A DNA stretch of 58,946 nt from a virus. Taxonomy: Duplodnaviria > Caudoviricetes. Both the position numbers and the translations under genes were made by a program. The notes below the pieces were generated by a model, which worked only from the letters and a program-made list of their open reading frames with translations, did not search any database and was not told the DNA's origin. The DNA is taken from positions 1 to 58,946 of the IMG/VR virus record IMGVR_UViG_3300024243_001175; one strand, written 5' to 3'. Numbering within the stretch: position 1 is the stretch's first letter; each line of letters starts with the position of its first letter. Of this stretch, positions 25,641 to 38,715 are shown in pieces.

Positions 25641-26389
25641 AATTAATAAAAGAAATTATAGATGATTTTGAAAAGGTAAAAACTAAAGAATTTATGAATT
25701 ATTTTTATGAATTCATGAATTTTTTTAATACATATTTTGAGGATCAAGCTATAGAGTATATAAATGGATTAAAAGATAATAAGGATATTAAGAAAGCTAA
25801 AGATCCTAAAATTAATAAAGAATTAATAGAGAAACTTTCAGCTATAGTTTTGCTTTGACAGTTAGAGCAAGAACAAAAAAGTAAATTGGAGCTAGAAAAT
25901 ATATGATTAAGTTTAGATATTTGAATAAATAATGAATATCAACTAGATTATGCAAAAAATAGAGCTTGAGAACTTATATCAGAAATAGATGATACAACTA
26001 GAGAAGAAATATGAAAAATTATAGAATACTGAATATCTAAATGAGATACACTACAAGAAATAGCTAAAAAGATAGATGATAAATTTTTAAAATATTCTAC
26101 TTACAGGAGTAGTTTAATATCTGTAATGGAAGTCTGAAATGCCTATGAATTTGGAAGTAGAAAGCAACATGATGAATATACTGAACACTTTGATGTAATT
26201 TGATATAAAAGAACTAAAACTCAAGGAGATAGTAATGCTAGAGAAAGTCATATAAAAAATGAAGAGGCTTGATGGATATTAAAAAATGAGTTATTTCCAT
26301 GAACCAATACAGATCATGCACCTCATTGATTTAACTGTAGATGTTATACTGATTATAGTATTGTAAATCCTGAGAGTTGATTAATTTAG
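25625..26389 (+). CDS. Minor head protein (Mu F / SPP1 gp7 family)
   Basis: IDDTTREEIGKII, GDSNARESH, APHGFNCRC. Confidence 0.85.
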
Positions 26390-26434
26390 ATTTATGAGTA
26401 TATATAATTAAATCTAAATTATAAAAATCAATTT

Positions 26435-27211
26435 ATGAAAAATAAAAAAGAGTGAAGTATTTTCACAAAAATATTTTTAAATCCTATAATTAAACCTTCT
26501 TTTACTAACTCATCTATATTTGATAGTAAATTTTGAAGAACTTTTACAGTATTATATATAATATGATTTTTATCTTTATTAATATTATTACCTCTACATT
26601 ATTTTGTAAATTATGAAGATTTTAGTTTTTATAAATACGACTTATCTAAAAGTTGAAATAAAATAGAACTATCAGCTATTAAAAATCTTAAAGATCATGT
26701 AGAAAAACAACCTAATGGTAAATATGAATTAAAATATACATGGAGAGATAATTGTAATGCTCTTATTTTGGATGAAAGTGATGACTCATTTAGATATGAC
26801 TTTATAAATATTTGAGAGAATAGTTCAAGATATTATTCAAATAGTTGCTATGGTAAAATTTACAATTACTTTAAAGAAAAATGATCTGTTGATTATCCAA
26901 ACTTTATTAATGAAGATAACTTTAATAAGGAATTAGATATTTATGCAAATGACTTTGATAAATATATGGATGAAATTGGTAATGAATACCAAAGAGATAT
27001 GGATTATTTAAATGGTAAAACAGAAGATATAAAACCTGTTGAAAGAAGATCAAGTAGAATTCTAAGTAATAAAATAATAAGAAAATATGATTATGAAGAT
27101 ATCTTTATTTACTATGTATTTCCAATATTAATATTATTATTTTTAAAATATTGAATAACAACTTTGTATATTATTCTAAGAAAAGTATTTTTATTTATTA
27201 AAAACTGATAA
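26435..27211 (+). CDS. Membrane protein (moron-like)
   Basis: N- and C-terminal hydrophobic segments; interrupts the head gene cluster. Confidence 0.6.
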
Positions 27212-27215
27212 AAAA

Positions 27216-27653
27216 ATGGAATTAATAGCAATAATAATATGACTTATAATATTAATGTCATTCTTCTGATTTAAACCAAGTAAGTTTTTAAAAAGAGATA
27301 TAGATTTAGATAGCATAGATTGAAAAGTTATAGATTTTAAGAATTATTTTGATGATGAAATGATACAAATAATGGTTAATTGATATTCAGATGAATTAAA
27401 ACCTAGTATTACATCTACAGCTGTAGATTGAATTATTAAAAGAGAAATTTATTTAAAAGATGATTTATATTTTTATAATGAAAAAGGTAAAGACCTTTTG
27501 TTAGTCTTATTATTTGAAAACTTATCTATTGATAGAATTACTAAAAATAATCTTTTAAAATTTTTCAGTTATATAAATAATAATAATGATATACTAAATT
27601 TTTCATTAGAAAATGAATGAGAAAGATTTTATTATAAAATTAAAAATAAGTAA
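27216..27653 (+). CDS. Membrane-anchored hypothetical protein (moron-like)
   Basis: MELIAIIIGLIILMSFFG N-terminal TM segment. Confidence 0.55.
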
Positions 27654-27659
27654 TTAAAA

Positions 27660-27711
27660 GACCTTTCAGGGAACTAAAACACTACTAAACTAAAAAGTAG
27701 TGTTTTTTTTT
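27660..27711 (+). promoter_or_regulatory. Late-box/terminator cassette 2 (variant, before protease)
   Basis: GACCTTTCAGGGAA-N12-TAAACT; hairpin AAAACACTACT/AGTAGTGTTTT plus T-tract. Confidence 0.65.
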
Positions 27712-27729
27712 ATTTTCTAAAAAACTGTG

Positions 27730-28098
27730 ATGATAAAACTTTTAAAAACAGATGATATACATAAAACTGTGAGTTTTTGTATTTTAACACCTGATATTGA
27801 AGATAGAAACTGAGATGTGATAACTTCTGAAGAAATAATAAAAACAGCTCATGATTTTGGAGCTAATATGCAAAATAAGTTTTTAAATATAGACCATGAA
27901 GAAAATACCGAAATAGAAAAATCAAAATATCAATTTGTAGAAAACTTCATAGCTCCAAATGACATCATAGTTTGAGAAACTATAGTAAAAAAATGAAGTT
28001 GGTATGTGTGAGTTAAGTTTGTAGATGATACTTTGTATAAAAGTGTAAAAGCCTGAGATTTTGTCTGAGTATCAATGGAATGATATTTTATAGTTTAA
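27730..28098 (+). CDS. XkdF-like prohead serine protease, part 1
   Basis: LTPDIEDRNGDVITSEEIIKTAHDF, IDHE, KKGSWYVGVK, GVSMEG. Confidence 0.8.
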
Positions 28099-28108
28099 TA
28101 AAAATAAA

Positions 28109-28288
28109 ATGACAAGAAATATTTGAAATGTATTTGTAGATGGAATAAGTCTAGTATCAAAAGATAATACACCTGCAGTTGAACAATCTGAGAATAAGTT
28201 TGCTTTATTTAAAACAGTTAAGAAAGACAAAAATAAAAAGAAATTAGATAAAATTTTAACTAACTTGAAATGACCTTGAGGGGAATAA
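28109..28288 (+). CDS. Prohead protease complementary segment, part 2
   Basis: MTRNIGNVFVDGISLVSKDNTPA...FALFK resembles the EISLVDxPAN segment of prohead proteases. Confidence 0.55.
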
Positions 28289-28321
28289 GAAAGAAACTAA
28301 TCTGATAATTGTTTAATTTTT
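28272..28321 (+). promoter_or_regulatory. Late-box cassette 3 (before scaffold/capsid; weak hairpin)
   Basis: GACCTTGAGGGGAA-N12-TAATCT. Confidence 0.65.
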
Positions 28322-28335
28322 AACTTTTATTTTAT

Positions 28336-28752
28336 ATGAAAGAATTACTAGAAAAATTCTTTGGAGTTTTCTCTGATGGTATATCTTTATTAAAAGAAGA
28401 TAAGTCAGATGAAGCTATTAAGAAATTTGAAGAAGCTTCAGAGATGAAAACTGAATTATCTAAAGAAGTATCAGAAGATAATGAAAATATTTCAGAAGAA
28501 GATATTAAAAAGTTTTTTGAATCAGATGATTGAAAAGAAGCTATCAAAAAATATGTAGATATGTATTTATCTTCAGATGATGTTACAAATTTTATGTGAC
28601 AACTAAAAGAATTAACAGGAGAAATAGAAAAAATAAAAAAAGAAAAAGAAACTGATGATAAAACTGTATGAGATGCTCTTGATTCTACTATTGATAGAGT
28701 TGAAGAAATGGAAAAAATATTAAAAGATCAAAGGATCTCAAAAATAGATTAA
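28336..28752 (+). CDS. Putative capsid scaffold (acidic coiled coil)
   Basis: E/D/K-rich helical protein between protease and major capsid. Confidence 0.55.
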
Positions 28753-28776
28753 TTTTATATTTTAAATTTATTAAAA

Positions 28777-29991
28777 ATGCCTATACAACTTAAAAAAAGG
28801 ACTAAAAAAACAGAGGATCTAAAAAAAGCTTTTACATTAGATTCAAACTGAGTTCCTGTAAATTTTCATTGGAAAAATGATGAAGCTAAACAATTTATTG
28901 ATTATGTAAAAGATGAATCACAAGGATTACTAAAGAAATTTAGAGTGATTACAATGAAATGACCAACAAAAGAGATTGCAAAACTAATTGCTCCTTGAAA
29001 ATTCTTAATGCCTTGAGGTGCTTGAAAAAGAACTCATGGTAATTCTTGAAAAGCATGATACAAAGTAGAAACTAATTCAATATATTTAACATCAAGAAAA
29101 GTAGAGTGATTTTTTTACTTATCAGATGATGAAATTGATGATAATATTGAATGAAAAAGTTTTGAAGAACATATGAAAAGGATTATCGCTAAAAAGATTG
29201 CTAATGAACTAGTAGAAGTAGCCTTATATGGTAAAAAACTAGAAAATCCATCAGCTGATAATGGTATATTGAATATGTTTAATGGTATTAAATACCAAAT
29301 AGAACAAAATGGTAATGTTTTAGATGGTTCAGATACAAATGTATTTACTTGAAGAAATATTACTAGAAAAAAATATGTTCAAGCTAAAAAGTCTTTAGCT
29401 AATAAATATAAAAAAGAAATAGAATTCTTTCATGATCCTGATACTCAAATAGACTTAGATGAGTTATATAATGATCCAAATGGTAACAGATGAGATGGAG
29501 AAACTAATAAAAATAGAATTGCTGGTACTAAAATTAATGAAGTATCATTGATGACAAATGAGAACCCTGTAAAGGTTAGTTTAGTAACATCAATAGTTAG
29601 TAATCCAGCTAATATTGGAGCTACTTGAATATTTATAGATACTGATTTAACAGCTAATATTAATCCATGAGATAGTATTGTTGTTAACTTTGGTAATGCT
29701 GAGGAATTAGTTTATATAGTTGCTTCAATTGATGCAAATTCTATTACAACAACTACTCCATTACTTTATGGAATAGATGCTTGAGTAAAAGTTGATAAAG
29801 TTATTTTAGATGGTGCTGATATAATAGGAACTAATCCTAAAAATGTAGTTATCTGAATTCAAACAGATTTAAAACTTGAACCTGAAAGAGTTGCACCTGA
29901 TGGATACAACTTCTGGTATAAAATGAAACTTGATATACAAATTGAAAATCCTGAAGCTACTGTTTTAGTAAAAAACAATAAAACAACTTAA
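28777..29991 (+). CDS. Major capsid protein (HK97 fold, XkdG-like)
   Basis: EAKQFIDYVKDES, LSDDEIDDNIEGKSFE, EVALYG, FNGIKY, TNPKNVVIGIQ, DIQIENPEA. Confidence 0.8.
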
Positions 29992-30013
29992 TTTATTTTA
30001 TAATTATATAAAA

Positions 30014-30427
30014 ATGCTAAGAGTTATTAATAATAAGGATAGAGTTTATAATTGAGCTAAAAAATGACAAATTCTTGATATAGATGATAGTAAATTAGAT
30101 GATTATCTACAGGCTTGATTTACAATAGTAAAAGAAAAGATAGAAAAGAAAAATATCGTAAAAAATATTATTACTTTGAAAACTTGAAAAGAATGTAAAG
30201 AAATATTAGATCATGCATGAGTAGAATATGATAAAAAATTGAAAGTTGCAGACCTGAATAAGCTCGTAGATGAACTTGAAAAACAAAAAAATACTGAGAA
30301 AACAGATGATTTAAGTAAAAATTATGCTGAAATATTAGTAGATGAGTGAATTTTAGAGGAATCAGAGTTAGAATGAAAAACTGAGAAAGATTTGGAACAA
30401 TTAGCTACAGATAATTGATTAATATAA
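30014..30427 (+). CDS. Phage protein with HeH/LEM-like motif
   Basis: KECKEILDHAGVEYDKKLKVADL; typical post-capsid position. Confidence 0.5.
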
Positions 30428-30433
30428 TAATAA

Positions 30434-31027
30434 ATGAATTATACTACTTTAAGTAGCTTAAAAGATAAGCTTTGAATCACAGATAATAGTAGTGATTCGA
30501 AGCTTCTTTTAATTATTGAAAAAGCTACGAACTTAATAGACTGATACATTGGATATAATCTAGGAAAACAAGATGTAATAAAAAGAATTGATTGAACAGG
30601 ATCTATTAAAATATTTTTAGATTATAAGGTTAATTCTATTGATTATATTAAATTAAAAAATGAATCTAAGTATTATAATTTAGATTATATTGATAATTAT
30701 ATTGTTTATCTAGAAGAAAAAACTCCTAAATGAAAGAGAAATATTGAAATAAAATATAATATTTGATTTGATAATACTCCTTCAGATATAGCTGAAATAT
30801 GCTTAGATTTATGCATTAATTTATCACTCGATTTATGAATAAGTGGAACTAATAGCGAGAATTTAGAGGATAAGAATATAAAGACTCAAAAGCTTGGAAG
30901 CTTGTCTGTGACTTACTTCTGAGCAAATGAAAAAGAATCTAACATAAAAGATAGATTTAACATAGCTATTCGTGAAAACTTCGATATGATAATTTCAAAG
31001 TATAAATCTTTTAAATGAATAATTTAG
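30434..31027 (+). CDS. Head-tail connector (gp6-like adaptor)
   Basis: YTTLSSLKDKLGI...IIEKATNLIDGYIG; IKTQKLGSLSVTY. Confidence 0.75.
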
Positions 31028-31034
31028 AAAATTT

Positions 31035-31385
31035 ATGGCTTTTATAGATAATTTTAGCTTTGCCTTTCAAGAAATAATACTTGAAAGTTTTACAAAAAGC
31101 TTGAATAAATATTGAGAGAATGTGAAAGACTCATCATCTCAGGTTTTATTTAAGTGAATAATATTGGAAAGGTGAAAATCTATAAATGATGATACTCTTG
31201 ATAGAGCCTGACAATTAGGTTTTACATCTAAAGAGTATGAGCTTTATAGTAAAACCAGTATCCTACCAAATAAATGAGATAAAGTTATTCTAGAATGAAA
31301 TATTTTTGAAGTTATCTTTGTTGAAAAAGTGTACATGAATAGTAAACATGATCACAACAAAAGTATTTTAAGATTTATTAATTAA
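31035..31385 (+). CDS. Putative head-closure protein
   Basis: Size and position; beta-rich PNKGDKVILEGNIFEV. Confidence 0.55.
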
Positions 31386-31387
31386 TT

Positions 31388-31834
31388 ATGTCTGAGTTTA
31401 GCTTAAATACCATAGCCTTGAAAAGAAGTATAGATGAATCGGTACAGATTACATCAAATATTCTCGTTTCAAAAGTAAGACAAATAACTCCTAGAGATAA
31501 AGATAGATTACCAAAGAATAACATAGATAGAGTTGATTGAAAAACTCCTGAGAGAAGTAGTCATTATAAACCAGTGCAAATAGATGGTCATTGGTACGAA
31601 TGAGTAACTTGAAACCTGAAAAGAAGTATTTGAATGCAAAAAGTATGAGATTGAAGATATGTTGTATGAGTAAATCAATGATATACTGAGGAATATTGAA
31701 GAGTTTTAGAATTTTGAAGTGATGATGTAGAAAGGAGAAGTTTTTTAAGACAATGACTTAATGATAATGAAAAAGAATTAATATATATATTAAAAAGTAA
31801 TTTTAGTAAATTATTAAAGAAATACTCATGATAG
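31388..31834 (+). CDS. HK97 gp10-like neck protein
   Basis: ITPRD...TGNLKRSI...YGRVLEFGS...RSFLRQG. Confidence 0.75.
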
Positions 31835-32238
31835 AACATAGCGAATTATGATTTATAGATATTAGAAAATACATTTATGATAGACTTACAAGTTATGTAA
31901 ATTTGATACAAAAAATTTGATGACCTGAAAATATTATATGTAGAGATCTTCAAACAATAAAAGGAACTGATAGACCTTTTATAAGCTATAGTCATGTATG
32001 ATGAAGTACCAATAGTTTATGAATTAGAAAAGATTCATTTCAAATAGATATATGGGCTACTAATATGGAAGAGTTTGAGGATTTAAAAGATCTTGTAGTT
32101 TGATTATTTAATAGATCAAAAGATGATTGAGTAAAATCTCAGCTTTCTAGTGTTTGACCTGATATGTCAAATCCTGAAAAAAGTTTATTTCGTAAACCAT
32201 TAACTTTTAAGTTTGTTTTTAAAGATCAAAAGTTTTAG
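31828..32238 (+). CDS. Putative tail terminator protein
   Basis: PFISYS...FQIDIWA; position before the major tail gene. Confidence 0.6.
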
Positions 32239-32247
32239 AAGTGAAAT

Positions 32248-32298
32248 GACCTTGAGGGGAAAAATAATACTTGTAGTTTATACAGGTATTATTTTTTT
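32248..32298 (+). promoter_or_regulatory. Late-box/terminator cassette 4 (before major tail)
   Basis: GACCTTGAGGGGAA-N12-TAGTTT; hairpin AATAATACTTGTA/TACAGGTATTATT plus T-tract. Confidence 0.7.
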
Positions 32299-32312
32299 AA
32301 CCAATATATTTT

Positions 32313-33077
32313 ATGCAAACACCTGTGCAAAGATCTGAGGCAATCAGAATGTGAAATGGTATTTTGAAGTTAGATTGAGTAAATATCTGAGCAATTAAAT
32401 CTGCTTGACTAGAAGTGTCATTCTTGATAGCTCAATTAAAATTTGCTAATTCTAAACTTCCACCAAGAAAAAAATTAGATGAAGTTAAATTTAATGCTGA
32501 GATTGTAGAATTACATCTTGATAATTTAGCAACAATAGATGGTATTTGAGATTTATTAAATACAGCTTGAACACCAGTAACTCAAACTGATGAAAGTTAT
32601 GGAGATGTGTGAATAGCATATAATCCTATTAAGCTTCTAAATCAGAATTGAGATGACTCGATTATTGCAATTACAAATGTAAAAGCATGAGGAACTACAG
32701 TTACAGCTTCATCATATTCAACTTATGTATGAGATGGAGATAATGGAGAAAAATGAGCAACTTATTTAGTATTTAAATCAGTTCAAGCTGGAGAAATTAC
32801 AGTTACTTATGATTTTACTCCAAATACTACAAAAACTCTTACATATAAAGATATTTTGAAAGCTCTTAGTTTATATGAAGTTATCTTTGAAAATACTGAT
32901 GAAAATGGTAAGAAATTTGGTATTAAGATTTATAAAGGGTATGCAACAAGTAATCTTGCTTTTGATTTCCCTGAAGATGATGATCTTGAATCTGTATCAA
33001 GTATTCCTGTTGAATTTGTAGGATATCCTGATGGAAACAATAACTTATTTGAAATATTTGATGAACAATCTGTATAA
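32313..33077 (+). CDS. Major tail tube protein
   Basis: IRMGNGILKLDGVNIGA...GIKIYKG...SIPVEFVG; position. Confidence 0.7.
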
Positions 33078-33340
33078 TGGAAACTTTGGATTTAAATAAG
33101 TATAAGAAACAAGAAACTGATTATTTTTCTCTTTGATGAATAGACTATAAATATACCTTTAGTTTAGAAGATAAAACTTATTTTAGAAATGTTCTAGAAC
33201 AAATAAATTTAAAAAAAGATTTATTTAAAACTTGGATAGAAATATTTAAAAAATTACTTCAGAGGGAAAATAATATAGTTGTAGTTTTAAAAGAAGATAT
33301 TGTATGACTTCTAAGTTATTTTACTTATAAGTTCTTATAA
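33077..33340 (+). CDS. Putative tail assembly chaperone
   Basis: Small ORF coupled (TAATG) to the tail tube gene. Confidence 0.5.
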
Positions 33341-33346
33341 ATAAAT

Positions 33347-33402
33347 GACCTTGAGGGGAAGTAAAAAAGATTTAGTCTAATTTAGATTAAATCTTTTTTA
33401 TT
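33347..33402 (+). promoter_or_regulatory. Late-box/terminator cassette 5 (before chaperone/tape measure)
   Basis: GACCTTGAGGGGAA-N12-TAGTCT; hairpin AAAAAAGATTTAGTCT/AGATTAAATCTTTTTT. Confidence 0.7.
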
Positions 33403-33406
33403 GTCT

Positions 33407-33859
33407 ATGAGAAAAAAACTAAAAATAAAATACTGAGATAGAATATATATGGTCTGAGAACTAACTGTATGATGATATTTTTTAGCTCTGAGTGATGTTG
33501 AACAATTTATAGAGGAAATATTCCTAGAATTTAATCCAAGTATTCCTGTACTTGATGAAAGCCAATTAAAACAACTAATACAAAAGTTATTTAATATAGA
33601 TGATCAGGATTTTGATAATTTATTAAATACTAAAAAACAAAAAGAGAATCCATTAAAAGATTTTCATATAAAGATCTGATTTTTTATGAAGTTTTTTTGA
33701 AATTCACATAAACAAACAATGGAAACTCCTTTAAAAGTATTTAATGATTTACTTGAAGATATAAAAGTATTTTCTTGAGATGAAAAGTATGATCCAAATA
33801 GAAAAGATCTAAAAAAGAAATTGAAAAATTTAGCAAATAATATAAAGAATAATGTCTAA
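33407..33859 (+). CDS. Putative tail assembly chaperone 2
   Basis: Open frame overlapping the tape measure start. Confidence 0.5.
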
Positions 33860-36752
33860 TTTATGAGAATTAAGAGTCTGATTATCAGTAGATGAAAGCT
33901 CTTTAAAATCATCTACACTTAGAATAAAAAACGAATTTAAAAAAGCTTGAGATAGTATTGAAAAAAATCTAGGTAATTCATGAAAAAAGTGAATAAAAGA
34001 CTTAAAAAATGAATCAGAAAAAACTACTAAAACTATTTGATGATTAAATTCTAAACTAAAGAAATTAAATGATGAATTAAATGATACTAAAATATGAAGT
34101 AAAAGATTTAAAGAACTTCAAAAAGAAGTAAAGAAAACTGAGAAAGCTATTTGAAAAGCAACAAATAAAACATCAAAACTCTGATGACTTTTTAAAGGAA
34201 TGTGATGAGCTATAGCATGAGCATTCAGTATTTATGCTGTTTGAAATTTTATAAAATGAATCTCTAAACTTGGAGCTGAAGTAGAACAAGCAAAAATCAG
34301 TTTTGAAACCTTGCTTTGAAGTGAACAAAAAGCACTTCAGATGTTACAGGATATAGATGAATTAGCATCTCAAACTCCATTTAATAAATTAGGTTTAACA
34401 AAATCAGTTCAACAACTTATATGATTTTGATTTGAGTGAGAAAAATCACTAGCTACTATAAAAGTTTTATGAGATTCAATAAGTGCAGTTGGTAGATGAC
34501 AAGATGATTTAAACTGAGTAATATTAGCATTATGACAAATAGAAGCTAAATGAAAATTATCTACTGAAGAGGTACTACAAATGGCTGAAAGATGACTACC
34601 TATTTTTAAGGTTTTAGAAGAGCAATTATGACTTACTAAAAAGCAACTTTGAGATCTATGAAATCAAGGTATTGATTCATCTACAGCTATAAATGCTATA
34701 CTTACATGATTAAATGAGAAATTTGCTTGAAGTATGGAAAAACAAGCTAAAACTTTAACAGGTATGTGGAGTAATTTGGTAGATAATGTAGAAATAGCAT
34801 GATCAAAGATGTGACTAAATATATCAGATACTTTAAAAGGAATTATAGGAGCTATAAACAATTTTTTACAAAATAATATGGCTTCAATTATAGATTTTTG
34901 AAGTGATGTAGCAACAAATATAATTAATATTTGAAAAGCAGTAGCTTGAATATTTACAAGTGTATTTGAAATAATAACTGATGCTTTTTGAATATTAACT
35001 TGAGAAAATAAAAAACAAGTTCAGGATAACTTCAAATTATTCAAATTTTTAGCAATGGCAATATCAAATGGTTTTCAAGTAATTTATATTGTTATAAATA
35101 CAGTTTTATGATCTATATTTTGAGCTATAAAAACACTTTGAACATGATTAGGTAATTTCTTTTGATCAGCTTTAAATTTAGTACAATTAGCAGGTAAAAA
35201 GTCAGTTAATTTTGTTATAGGTATTATAAACTCAGCTATAAATAAAATAAATATAGTTTTAGAACTACTTTGAAGAAATACTATAGCTCAAATAAAAGAA
35301 GTTAATACTAAAATGGAAGAGTTAGTATTAAAAAATTGAAACTGATTAGAGAATACAAAAAAAGCTTGGACAGATTCATGGGATAAGATCAAAAGTAATA
35401 ATTCTAAGGCATTTGATAGAATGTTAGAAAATATAGATAATTATGAAACTGATATTACTAATACATGAAAAACATCTACCTGAGTATTTGATAAAATAAA
35501 TACTACAATAGATGGATTATGAAGTAGTTTTGAAAAAGTTTGAGGAAAAGCTAAAGATATGTGAAAAAAGTGAGCTGAAGCTACAAATAAAATTAAAGAT
35601 AGTATGAAAGATTTAGAAGATGAATATAAAAATTATAACAATAAAATAAAAGAATCTGAGAAGTTAAATGAGAGTTTAGCAAAGAATACTAAAAAATATA
35701 ATGATGAAATAGAAACATGACTTAGAAAAGTAAATAATGCTTTAGAAAAAAACAAAAAGAAATATGAGGAAACTATTAAACTTATAAAAAAGGAGAGAGA
35801 GGAAAGACTGTGAGAAAATGAGAACTCAACTCAAGAACAAATAGCTGAAAGACTTTTAGAAATAGAAAAAGAAAAACAAGAGATACAATTAAAAATAAAA
35901 GAAGATACTGATTCAGTAGAAGAAAAAATATTACTTCAAAAAGAACTTAATGTACTTATAAAAGAAGAACTCCAAGCTCAAGAAATAGTAGATCAAAAAG
36001 TTTTAGAAAGAGTTAAAAAGTATGAGGAAGCTTCTGAAATATGAAAAATTTTAATAGATCAAGAGAGAGAAAAACAAAATATTATATCTGAAGCTAATAC
36101 TAAAGAGTTAAATGCTGAAAAAGAGCTAAATACTGAAAAAGAAACTCTTGAGAGAAAACAACAATTTTATGAATTTTTTGCTGAGAAAAAAAGAGTAACT
36201 CAAAATGAAATAGATACTATTATGAAAGATGAAAGATTTTTGAGATTATCAGAAGAAGAGCAAGAATTTATATTAAAATTAGCAAGAGAAAAAGAAGAAC
36301 TTACAAGACAAAAAGATGAAGCAATAGCTCTACAAATTGAAATAAATAAAGCAACAATACTGTTATCAAATAAAACTACAGGTATATTAAATAAAAATGT
36401 AGCTAGTTTATCATCATCATATAAAAGTTTAATATCTCAGATTAATAGTGCAATTTCTGCACAAAAAAGATTAAATGCACTTAGAAATAATGGTTCTAGA
36501 TGATTTGCTGAGTGAGGTTATACATGAGATTGAGAAAAGCATGAAGTTGCATGAGTGGTTCATAAATGAGAATATGTATTAAATCAAGAAATGATACAAA
36601 AAATGCCAAATATAGTTCCTGAATTAGAACAAGTAAGACAATGAAGAACTACAAATAATGATTATTCAAAAAAAGTAGATGTTTGAAATATTAATGTAGC
36701 AAATTCTATAGATCTTGAATTATTCTTTGATAAATTGAAATTTAGAATGTAA
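33852..36752 (+). CDS. Tape measure protein (966 aa)
   Basis: EQAKISFETLLGSEQKA, TPF, LGQIEAKGKLSTEEVLQMAERGLP, TLTGMWSNL; C-terminal GFAEGGYTGDG...AGVVHKGEYV. Confidence 0.9.
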
Positions 36753-36812
36753 TAAAAGGTTAAAGTGCAAAAAATGCACATTAAGGATATTAACACTTAA
36801 AATAGGATAGAT

Positions 36813-37685
36813 ATGGATTTTAAAGAAGCTAAAATAAACTGACAAGATATTTTAAAAGATAGTAGTTCTTGAATTGTTTACACTTTCAAAGATTGGAGAA
36901 AAGTATTAACAACTGATAATTCTGAAAATATAGATTGAGTTCATGGTAGAAATGTGAGTCCTACTTATGCAAGAGTAAGAGTAATAACTTTAGAATGAAT
37001 TAGTGATAGAGTATGAAATCAAACTGAAGAACAAAACTCTATAGAGTATTTACAAAAGATTTTTGCACTTCAATGAGCATTGTCTAGTTTAGAAGAAAAA
37101 GAACTTTATATCAAAGATATGTATGATAATGAGTGGGTATTGAATGTAAAAATAAAAGAACCACTTGATATAGTAGAATGAGATGATAGTTTTGTATGAA
37201 GTTATTGGAAATGGAGAGTAGTATTAGAAAGTACTAAAGAACCTATTTATAAAAGTCTTAATGAAATATTAAATACTTCACTTGAGTGAAATTATGGTTG
37301 ATTTAATCTAGGTTTTAAACTATGAACTCCTTTTAATAAAATTGATAATATTATAGAATGCATAACTACTTGAAATATAGATACTCCTGCGAGAATAGAG
37401 ATAACTGTAAATTGAGATATTAATAAACCATTAATGATAAGAGATTTAACTAAATGAACTTTTTTCTGACTTGATATGGATGCTGTAGCTTGAGATAAAA
37501 TAATTATTGATTCAGAATTTTATACAGTAACTAAAAATTGAGAAAATATCCTCTCAAATAGAATAACTTGAAGTATGTGGATTAGGATTTTAGAATCTAC
37601 AAAGCTACTAATAGAAGATAAAGATGGGAATATTCCATTTAATGACTTTGAGATTAATATTTACTTCCGTAATTCACTTTTATAA
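36813..37685 (+). CDS. Distal tail (Dit)-like protein
   Basis: RVITLEG, TGNIDTPARIEITVNG, GDKIIIDS; follows tape measure. Confidence 0.65.
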
Positions 37686-38713
37686 TGTTTGTAATTTATA
37701 TAAATGATCATCTGTGAAATAAAAAAACTCAGATATTTGAGATAAATAAGCTAGAAATAAGACAAAAATTAAATGATATTTCTAGTGCTAGTTTTGAAGT
37801 TTCAAATACAGCTAAAACAAACTCATATAGTAATTTTAAAGAATTTAATGAGGTTTTAATATATAAGATTGATCAAAGCGAAGAAAAGCTAATATTTGAT
37901 GGAATTATAAGAAGTGTAGAAGCTGATTTATACAAAACAAAAGTGATTTTAAATGATAAGATATTTTTATTTAAAAATAAGATTTTATACACCGATAAAT
38001 CATATACTAATACTCAGATTAAATCTATATTAATTGATGTTTTAGATGTAATAAATTCTAGATATGACACAAGAATAACACTGAGTTCAGATATACTAGA
38101 TCAAGTAACTAAAACTTATAAAAAATGACAAACATTTTTTGATATATTAAAAGATCTAGCTTTAAATTGATATGAATTTAAGATAAAAAATAATATTTTA
38201 TATTTTTTGAATTCTATATGAGAAGATAAAAGTAGTTGAGTTAACTTTGTAGAATTTTCTTATGATATACAATTCCCATGAAGTAGAACTATAGATACGG
38301 CAAGATTAGAGTATGATAGTGAAAATATATCTAATGCAGTAATATCAAAAGATACTTGAAATTCTGAGGATTTACCAAGCATAAATAATTTTTGAAGATT
38401 AGAAAAATACTTTATTTCATGAGATAAAGATACTTTATTATCAGATAGAAAAGAGTCAATAAGAGAACTTGAAATAACTCCTGTAGCTCATGACTTCTTT
38501 GTCGCAAATTTGTGAGATATAGTAAAAGTATTTATAGATGCTTGAAATGATATAATGCAATTTGATTCTAATTTAAAAATAGTTGAAAAAGAATTTAGAT
38601 CATGAGAATTAAATAAAGTAAAAATAAAGCTGAGTAAATGAAATGTAAAAACTTTAAATCTAATAGAAACTATTGCTGATTTAAAAAATAGAACTAAAAC
38701 TCTTGAGATATAA
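37685..38713 (+). CDS. Tail hub/Tal-like protein
   Basis: LIFDGIIRSVE, NLGDIVKV; position after Dit. Confidence 0.6.
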
Positions 38714-38715
38714 AA

